Assembly (NCBI RefSeq): GCF_000981785.2
Contig: NZ_CP011304.1
Location: forward strand, 4,260,001 to 4,292,000
Source: Microcystis aeruginosa NIES-2549
Lineage (GTDB): Bacteria; Cyanobacteriota; Cyanobacteriia; Cyanobacteriales; Microcystaceae
DNA: 32,000 bases
Reading direction: 5' to 3'
Positions within the stretch are counted from its first letter, which is position 1; every line of letters starts with the position of its first letter. The notes beneath the pieces were generated by a model. It was not told the origin of the DNA. It did not search any database and saw only the letters and a list, made by a program, of their open reading frames with translations. The translations under genes and the position numbers were made by a program. This document shows positions 26,702 through 32,000 of the stretch, piece by piece.

Positions 26702-27847
26702 AGACCTCTCCAAAAATTTATAAGTCAGTCACAGCAAGGAAGAGAGGCAGATTAGACCAAGAGTCAAAATTAGCTCTCAAAACCGATTAATCAGGGTTTG
26801 AAGAGACAAAATCCAATTTTGACGGAAAACTATGGCTAATTATAACGTCAATTACTTCCCCTGATTGCTCCCCTTCTATTACTTCTAAAATTAGCGCACT
26901 AATTCTCAACCTTACTAAGCCACAAACGGTCAGTAAAACCGATTTATATCGACTTTTATTTAATCTAAATCTTTCTTGAACTACTTTAAATACTTTGACA
27001 ACTCGAATTAAATGCTCAACAAAAATTCGCCGAGATGATAAAACTTTATTTTCTTTAATTTGATTCTCGGTTAATTCTCCATTCTTAGGTTTTTTATCAG
27101 GAGTTCTGATTTGATTTTCTCCTAGGTAAGCTTTATCTCCAATAAAAGTTTGTTGAGAATCGAATTTGCTTAAAGTTTGCCGACAGATTTTTATGTCGCT
27201 CGTCGGACCAGGTTGACCAATAACTACATCAACAATATCTTCAGCTTTTGGCAAGACAATAAATTGACTTTTTAAAGTATGTCTTTTTTGCTTTCCCGAA
27301 TAATATATTTTTTGTTCTTGATAATCGGTCGGCCTCTCCACGGGCTGTTCTGCGCTATCGACAATCAACTCATAATCCCTTAATTGTTCAATTATTATTT
27401 CCTCTTCTTGGCACTTCTTTATTTGTTCTAACAAACTTGGCGGTAACTCTCCTTCAAAAAGTTTTTGCCAATAGGTAAAGATATTATGAGCCGTTGATTC
27501 ACTCACTTGAAATATTAGTCCTAAGATTTGAAAGCTTAGATGATGTCTTAAATAAACCAACATTAGAACAATTTGTTCCTCTTCTGATAATTTAGGAGGT
27601 GTTCCGCTTCCTGGTTGATTAATCCTAATTTTGGTTTTTTCGATTTCTGATTGGTTTTTCCGATGTATAAGTTTTCCAAGTGCCATCAGTTGTTCTAGTT
27701 GTTGGTAGTCAATTCCTAATAGTCTTTTAGTTTGTTTCGGATATTTTTGAATGTATTCCCAAGTGTAGTTTTTCATGGCTTTTTTGAGTTACTATTTGTT
27801 TTATTATATCCTATATATTGTGATTTAATTAAATTATGGAGAGGTCT
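26702..27847 (-). mobile_element. IS5-family (IS4/IS5 superfamily, DDE_Tnp_4-like) insertion sequence
   Basis: Terminal inverted repeats (T)AGACCTCTCCA at 26701-26712 and TGGAGAGGTCT(A) at 27837-27848. The flanking duplication reads as AAT (26699-701 / 27848-50) or TA, depending on where the IR ends. There is a single transposase ORF. Confidence 0.8.
26787..27776 (-). CDS. IS5-family DDE transposase
   Basis: 329 aa. N-terminal HTH region (LSEEEQIVLMLVYLRHHLSFQILGLIFQVSESTAHNIF). Candidate DDE residues at LIVDSAEQPVERP, FIGDKAYLG and RIFVEHLIRVVKVFK. Confidence 0.85.
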   Translation of the reverse strand: MKNYTWEYIQKYPKQTKRLLGIDYQQLEQLMALGKLIHRKNQSEIEKTKIRINQPGSGTPPKLSEEEQIVLMLVYLRHHLSFQILGLIFQVSESTAHNIFTYWQKLFEGELPPSLLEQIKKCQEEEIIIEQLRDYELIVDSAEQPVERPTDYQEQKIYYSGKQKRHTLKSQFIVLPKAEDIVDVVIGQPGPTSDIKICRQTLSKFDSQQTFIGDKAYLGENQIRTPDKKPKNGELTENQIKENKVLSSRRIFVEHLIRVVKVFKVVQERFRLNKSRYKSVLLTVCGLVRLRISALILEVIEGEQSGEVIDVIISHSFPSKLDFVSSNPD

Positions 27848-27877
27848 AATATAAAACAGCGAAGCACGATTAAATCC

Positions 27878-27907
27878 TTGACAGTTTAGCCTTGCATAGT
27901 TTATCAT
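27878..27907 (+). promoter_or_regulatory. Putative sigma70-type promoter for tnpB
   Basis: TTGACA (27878-83), 17-18 nt spacer, then TTATCAT (27901-07), about 25 nt upstream of the tnpB ATG. Sequence match only. Confidence 0.3.
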
Positions 27908-28507
27908 AGTAAATATGGTTTGATAAACAAAATGTTAAAAGCGTTTAAGTACAGAATCTATCGTGCGACTCGTTCCTACCAAAAGTCTAACAGACGTGGG
28001 TAGGACAAGGTTGAGAACCTTGATAACTCAATAACCGTGAAGGTGAAAGTCCTTCCCTCCAGATGATGGAGTGACAGCATAACCCCTTCCTGTGGAGAAC
28101 GGTCATCAAAATGGGAAAAGCGGGGTTAAATGGCAGTAAAGATGAATCTGACATCAAAACCTGTCTAGCATCTAACTATGTGTATGAATAAGAACTTCCG
28201 TCAGAAGTATCGTCACTGAAACCTAGCCTACACAGATTATTGGCTGGCAACAAAATGTTAACAAGCTAACGTACTGGGAAAAGATAGAGTTCAACCAGAA
28301 TCATCTACACAGCTTCGGTATAGAGGAAGACACTAAAGTTAGGAATACGGTTGTTGGGAACGAAGTAATCCTTATGAATCTCTTAGATAGGTCGAAATCT
28401 AAGTAGTAACCAGCGTAAGACTCATATAGGAAAGGATTGTGTAAGAAGCCAACGCCTATCTGTAATAGATAAGGATATGCTGACGTACACACTGTTCAAT
28501 GGAATGA

Positions 28508-30268
28508 ATGGTCTTAAGTAGTAATGAAAAAGTTATGAACACGGCAACAAAACCGATGTATGAATGGAAGGACATCAACTGGCGAAAAGCTGAAAGATGT
28601 GTTTTTAAGTTATCAAAAAGAATATTCAAAGCCAGTCAACGGGGTGATGTCAAATTAGTCCACAAATTACAAAGGCTACTCCTAAAAAGCTGGTACGCCA
28701 AACTGATAGCCGTCAGACGGGTTAGCCAAGATAATCAAGGCAAGAAAACCGCAGGGGTAGATGGGATAAAATCCTTAACACCCAAACAAAGAATGGCACT
28801 TGTCAATAATCTAAAACCTGGCAATAAATCAAAACCAACTCGTAGAGTATGGATACCAAAACCCAATACGGATGAAAAGCGACCTCTAGGGATTCCCACC
28901 ATGTACGAACGGGCATTACAAGCCTTAGTAAAACTGGCATTAGAACCCGAATGGGAAGCAAAATTTGAACCTAACAGTTATGGATTTAGACCAGCACGTT
29001 CAGCCCATGACGCAATCGGAGCAATCTACATAAGCATCAACAAAAAGCCCAAATATGTGCTAGATGCGGACATAAGTAAATGCTTTGATAAAATAAACCA
29101 CCAGAAACTACTGACAAAACTTCAAACTTACCCCAAGCTAAGACAACAAATCAAAGCATGGCTAAAGAGTGGAGTCATGGATGGAAAAAACCTATTCCCT
29201 ACCAATGAAGGCACACCACAGGGAGGTGTAATCTCCCCTTTACTAGCTAACATAGCCTTACACGGCATGGAAGAAAGAGTTAAGCAATATGCAAAAACTC
29301 TGAAAGGCAATAAATCCAAAAATGAACAAGCCTTAACCCTAATCAGATATGCAGATGATTTTGTTATCCTGCACGAAGATTTAAAGGTAATAAAGGAATG
29401 TCAAGAAATCATTAAACAATGGTTAGCAGAAATGGGGCTAGAACTGAAGCCTAGTAAAACAAGAATATCCCATACTCTTGAAACTTATGATGATTACGTT
29501 GGATTTGATTTTCTCGGATTCAACATCAGGCAATACCAAGTCGGAAAACATCACGGGGCAAAAAGTAGTAAAGGAGTCAAACTAGGTTTTAAAACCCTAA
29601 TCAAGCCTAGTGCTGAAAAAGTCAAGTCCCATCTAAAGAAATTGGGAGAAGTAGTAAATAGTCAGAAGTCATCCCCACAGGATGCCTTAATCAAACGACT
29701 CAATCCAATCATTAGAGGATGGAGCAATTACTATTCATCAGTAGTAAGCTCAAAAACATTCACAGATTGTGATTACTACTTCTTTGAAAAACTCAAGAGA
29801 TGGGCATACAGACGACACCCAATGAAAAACAAAACTTGGATAATGCGTAAATATTGGCATACTGAGGGAAAAGATAATTGGGTATTCAGCACAAGAGGAG
29901 GTAAAAACCCCTTCAAACTGGCAAGACACCTAGATACAAAAATCGTAAGATACGTCAAGGTGAAAGGGGATAAAAGTCCCTATGATGGGGATTTAATATA
30001 CTGGAGTAGTCGAATGGGTAAACACCCAGAAATGCCACCAGAAAAAGCTATTCTACTCAAAAGACAGCAAGGACGTTGTGCATATTGTGGACTATATTTC
30101 CAAGATGGAGACATACTCGAAACCGACCACATTATCCCTAAATCAAAAGGGGGTAAAAACAATCGAGATAATAAACAGTTACTCCATCGACATTGCCACG
30201 ATTCTAAAACTGCATTAGATAAAACTGGTACTCATGACAAAGAGCCATTGGAGAGAGGAGCGGTGTGA
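28508..30268 (+). CDS. Group II intron-encoded protein: reverse transcriptase, maturase (X), DNA-binding and HNH endonuclease domains
   Basis: 586 aa; the likely start is MNTATKPMYEW at 28535. RT motifs RVWIPKPNTDEKRPLGIPTMYERALQ, GTPQGGVISPLLANIAL and IRYADDFVILH. X domain RLNPIIRGWSNYY. HNH CAYCG...ETDHIIPKSKGG...LLHRHCH. Confidence 0.9.
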   Translation: MVLSSNEKVMNTATKPMYEWKDINWRKAERCVFKLSKRIFKASQRGDVKLVHKLQRLLLKSWYAKLIAVRRVSQDNQGKKTAGVDGIKSLTPKQRMALVNNLKPGNKSKPTRRVWIPKPNTDEKRPLGIPTMYERALQALVKLALEPEWEAKFEPNSYGFRPARSAHDAIGAIYISINKKPKYVLDADISKCFDKINHQKLLTKLQTYPKLRQQIKAWLKSGVMDGKNLFPTNEGTPQGGVISPLLANIALHGMEERVKQYAKTLKGNKSKNEQALTLIRYADDFVILHEDLKVIKECQEIIKQWLAEMGLELKPSKTRISHTLETYDDYVGFDFLGFNIRQYQVGKHHGAKSSKGVKLGFKTLIKPSAEKVKSHLKKLGEVVNSQKSSPQDALIKRLNPIIRGWSNYYSSVVSSKTFTDCDYYFFEKLKRWAYRRHPMKNKTWIMRKYWHTEGKDNWVFSTRGGKNPFKLARHLDTKIVRYVKVKGDKSPYDGDLIYWSSRMGKHPEMPPEKAILLKRQQGRCAYCGLYFQDGDILETDHIIPKSKGGKNNRDNKQLLHRHCHDSKTALDKTGTHDKEPLERGAV

Positions 30269-30291
30269 GGTGAAAGTCTCACGCACCGTTT
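30258..30291 (+). ncRNA. Group II intron domain V (catalytic hairpin)
   Basis: GAGCGGUGUGAGGUGAAAGUCUCACGCACCGUUU aligns almost position for position with the ai5-gamma DV as I recall it (GAGCCGUAUGCGAUGAAAGUCGCACGUACGGUUC), including the AGC triad and GAAA loop. Confidence 0.85.
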
Positions 30292-30670
30292 TGAAGCCGA
30301 GCCAGAATGGTGACATATCTGGCTTAGGGCAACCGACCAGTGAGCAATCCGTTTTGCTTGCCAAGTCGTTTGGCTGTGCTAGATGGTTTTACAATTACGC
30401 TCTAAACTTGACATCCGAAACTTACAAGCAAACTGGAAAAGGATTAAGCAGAGACGAAATAATTAAGCTGCTGCCTTCCCTAAAAAAAAGTATGAGTGGT
30501 TAAGCGAAGTACCATCGCAGGTATTACAACAAGCCGCTTTAAATCTTTCTAGTGCTTTCCTTAACTTTTTTGAAGGTAGAGCTAAATATCCTAACTTCAA
30601 GAAAAAACAGAATAGGCAGTCGATTAGATTTCCTCAGCACTGTAAGTTAAAAAATGATGTTCTGGTATTA

Positions 30671-30771
30671 AGTAGTCGTGCAAAATAAATTTCCTAGTGA
30701 AGATAGGCAAGAGGCAATAGGCAAGAGGCAAAAGCTTTATCGAAATGTGTAATTAATGTTGCTTAGGTACT
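30671..30771. mobile_element. 101-bp MITE with AGTAG/AGTAC termini and a TA target duplication, inserted in tnpB
   Basis: ctggtat-TA-AGTAGTCGTG ... GCTTAGGTACT-TA-cctaaa. Removing 30671-30773 restores ...DVLVL-PKIGEV... in frame. Contains the internal repeat ggcaagaggcaa. Same terminal motif as the MITE at 15134-15277. Confidence 0.65.
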
Positions 30772-31449
30772 TACCTAAAATTGGTGAAGTCCATTGCCAA
30801 GTTTCACGGCAACCAGAGGGAGACTTAAAGTCTGTTACGGTTTCAGTTAATCCATCAGGAGAATATTTCGCATCTTGTCTTTATGATGATGGTCAGGATT
30901 TACCCCAAAAATTAACAGAAGGAAAAACTATCGGGATAGACGTTGGACTAACCCATTTTGCTATTACATCAGATGGGACTAAACACGGGAATCCTCAATA
31001 CTACCGTAAGTACGAACAGAGATTAGCGAGGAGACAAAAGAAACTTAGTCGCAAGCAAAAAGGGTCTAACAACCGCAATAAAGCTAGAGTTAAAGTTGCT
31101 AAAGTTCACTCTAAAATTGTTCGTTGTCGTGAAGATTTTCTGCACAAACTAAGTCGTAAATTAGTTGACGAAAACCAAGTCATAGTGATAGAAAATCTGG
31201 CAGTCAGAAACATGATCAAGAATCAAAATCTAGCCAAGTCAATTAGTGATGCTGGTTGGGGTCAATTCTGTACCATGTTGAAATATAAAGCTGAATGGGA
31301 AGGGAAAATTTATCTTGAAGTAAATAGATTTTTTCCTAGTTCCAAGACTTGTAGTAACTGCTTAAATCGTGTTGATAGTTTGAGTTTAGATATTCGTAGT
31401 TGGCAATGTCCTAAGTGTGGAGAAACCCACGATAGAGACATCAATGCCG

Positions 31450-31626
31450 CTAAGAATATTCGAGATGAAGGTTTACGAATTTTGGCGGTAGGGCATACCG
31501 CTACTGCTTCTGGAGGGAGAGTAAGACCAAGTAAAGGCACTGCTTTTGCAAGGCATCTCCCCGTGAATGAAGAATCCCTCGCTTCAGTGCTTCGGGGAGT
31601 GTCAACCCATTCCCTGCCAATGGACT
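31450..31626 (+). ncRNA. Predicted omega (right-end) RNA region of the degraded tnpB element, with an ackA-derived guide
   Basis: By analogy to TnpB systems. The conserved right-end motif ends at 31606, so the guide would be ccattccctgccaatggact (31607-31626). The extent is a guess and expression is unknown. Confidence 0.3.
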
Positions 31627-32000
31627 GAACTGGGAATCCGTCGCTATGGTTTCCATGGCACCAGTCATCAGTACTGCTCGCAACGGGCCGCCGAATTGTT
31701 GGGAAAACCCCTAGAATCCTTGAAAATGGTGATCTGTCATCTGGGCAATGGTGCTTCCCTATCGGCAGTCAAGGGGGGTAAAAGTATCGATACCACTATG
31801 GGATTTACTCCCCTAGAGGGATTGATGATGGGAACCCGCAGCGGTACGATCAATCCAGTGATTCTGATTTATCTAGAGCGAGAATACCAATATAATCCCG
31901 ATATTTTAAAGATTTTACTGCATAAAGAATCTGGTTTAAAGGAAATTTCGGGTATTTCTGGGGATATGCGGGCAATTACGACGGCAATGGCCGAAGGCAA
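31606..32000 (+). pseudogene. ackA: Acetate kinase 3' portion (from about residue 190 onward), running off the window
   Basis: The translation PIPCQWTELGIRRYGFHGTSHQYCSQRAAELLGKPLESLKMVICHLGNGASLSAVKGGKSIDTTMGFTPLEGLMMGTRSG... carries AckA hallmarks (RRYGFHGTSH, HLGNGAS, GFTPLEGLMMGTRSG). No start codon is present and the roughly 170 upstream codons are absent from the window. Confidence 0.85.

Larger units (their letters stand above)
27963..30333 (+). mobile_element. Complete bacterial group II intron (2371 nt) with an ORF in domain IV
   Basis: 5' GUGCG at 27963. Domain V at 30258-30291. Domain VI has a bulged A at 30326, 7 nt before the 3' end ...GCAAC (30333). Removing it restores the tnpB frame exactly (tat c|cg acc gives Y-P-T). 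Confidence 0.9.
27849..31606 (+). mobile_element. tnpB-only IS200/IS605-family element, heavily degraded, inserted in ackA
   Basis: The tnpB reading frame can be reconstructed across an intron, a frameshift and a MITE. The right end GAATCCCTCGCTTCAGTGCTTCGGGGAGTGTCAAC (31572-31606) parallels the right end of the element at 7621. ackA coding sequence resumes at 31606/7. The left end is uncertain and may continue left of the IS5 insertion to about 26598. Confidence 0.65.
27932..31628 (+). pseudogene. tnpB: tnpB disrupted three times: by a group II intron, a -1 frameshift in an A8 run and a 101-bp MITE
   Basis: Exon 1 is MLKAFKYRIY (27932-27962). After the intron it continues as PTSEQSVLLAKSFGCARWFYNYALN...LPSLKK. 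A frameshift lies at A8 (30482-30489), then YEWLSEVPSQVLQQAALNLSSAF...KLKNDVLVL. The MITE occupies 30671-30771, then PKIGEVHCQV... follows (ORF 30756-31628) with IDVGL, VIENL, CSNC...CPKCG and HDRDINAAKN. Confidence 0.8.

Noticed and set aside
26564-26755. A 63-aa ORF (MRDRAVKKVVYQKC...).
   Set aside because: It starts out of frame inside the ackA stub, crosses the orphan segment and runs into the IS5 terminal repeat. It is a chance ORF across element junctions.
28508-30268. The reverse transcriptase ORF could belong to a retron, a DGR or a defence-associated RT.
   Set aside because: It sits inside a structure with a GUGCG 5' end, a canonical domain V/VI and a precise exon-restoring boundary, and it carries maturase X and HNH domains. 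It is a group II intron IEP.

Overview
The window looks like a cyanobacterial chromosome, probably Microcystis-like. That is an inference from the frequent GCGATCGC (HIP1) sites, heptamer STRR repeats, phycobilisome, GUN4 and fibrillin genes, and the heavy IS/MITE load. Core content, in order: a partial CpcS-like gene; a minus-strand polysaccharide cluster (GT2, GT4, gmd, GT2) plus a divergent GT2; folB; an FMN reductase; a rhomboid protease; nth and an M50 site-2 protease; a phycobiliprotein-like gene; a fibrillin; bolA; cobalamin genes (cobL, then riboswitch-cobG-cobH-cobI); dprA; and trxA. The accessory content is more unusual. (1) An IS200/IS605 element has a frameshifted tnpA and an intact tnpB. 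(2) An island at about 14.4-21.3 kb holds Uma2 nucleases, a TM-NACHT-GUN4 STAND NTPase, a DUF559 (Vsr-like) endonuclease gene bracketed by inverted tandem arrays of a G6/C6 hairpin palindrome, and a tandem pair of coiled-coil PD-(D/E)xK genes. (3) An ackA locus is destroyed by nested mobile DNA: an IS5-like element and a tnpB-only IS605-family element whose tnpB is interrupted by a complete group II intron (RT-maturase-HNH), an A-tract frameshift and a 101-bp TA-flanked MITE. Also seen: a GT2 gene precisely bracketed by ~105-bp inverted repeats, and a 94-bp tandem duplication that remodels the trxA 3' end. No rRNA, tRNA or CRISPR array was found. All calls come from reading the sequence and translations by eye; no searches were run.
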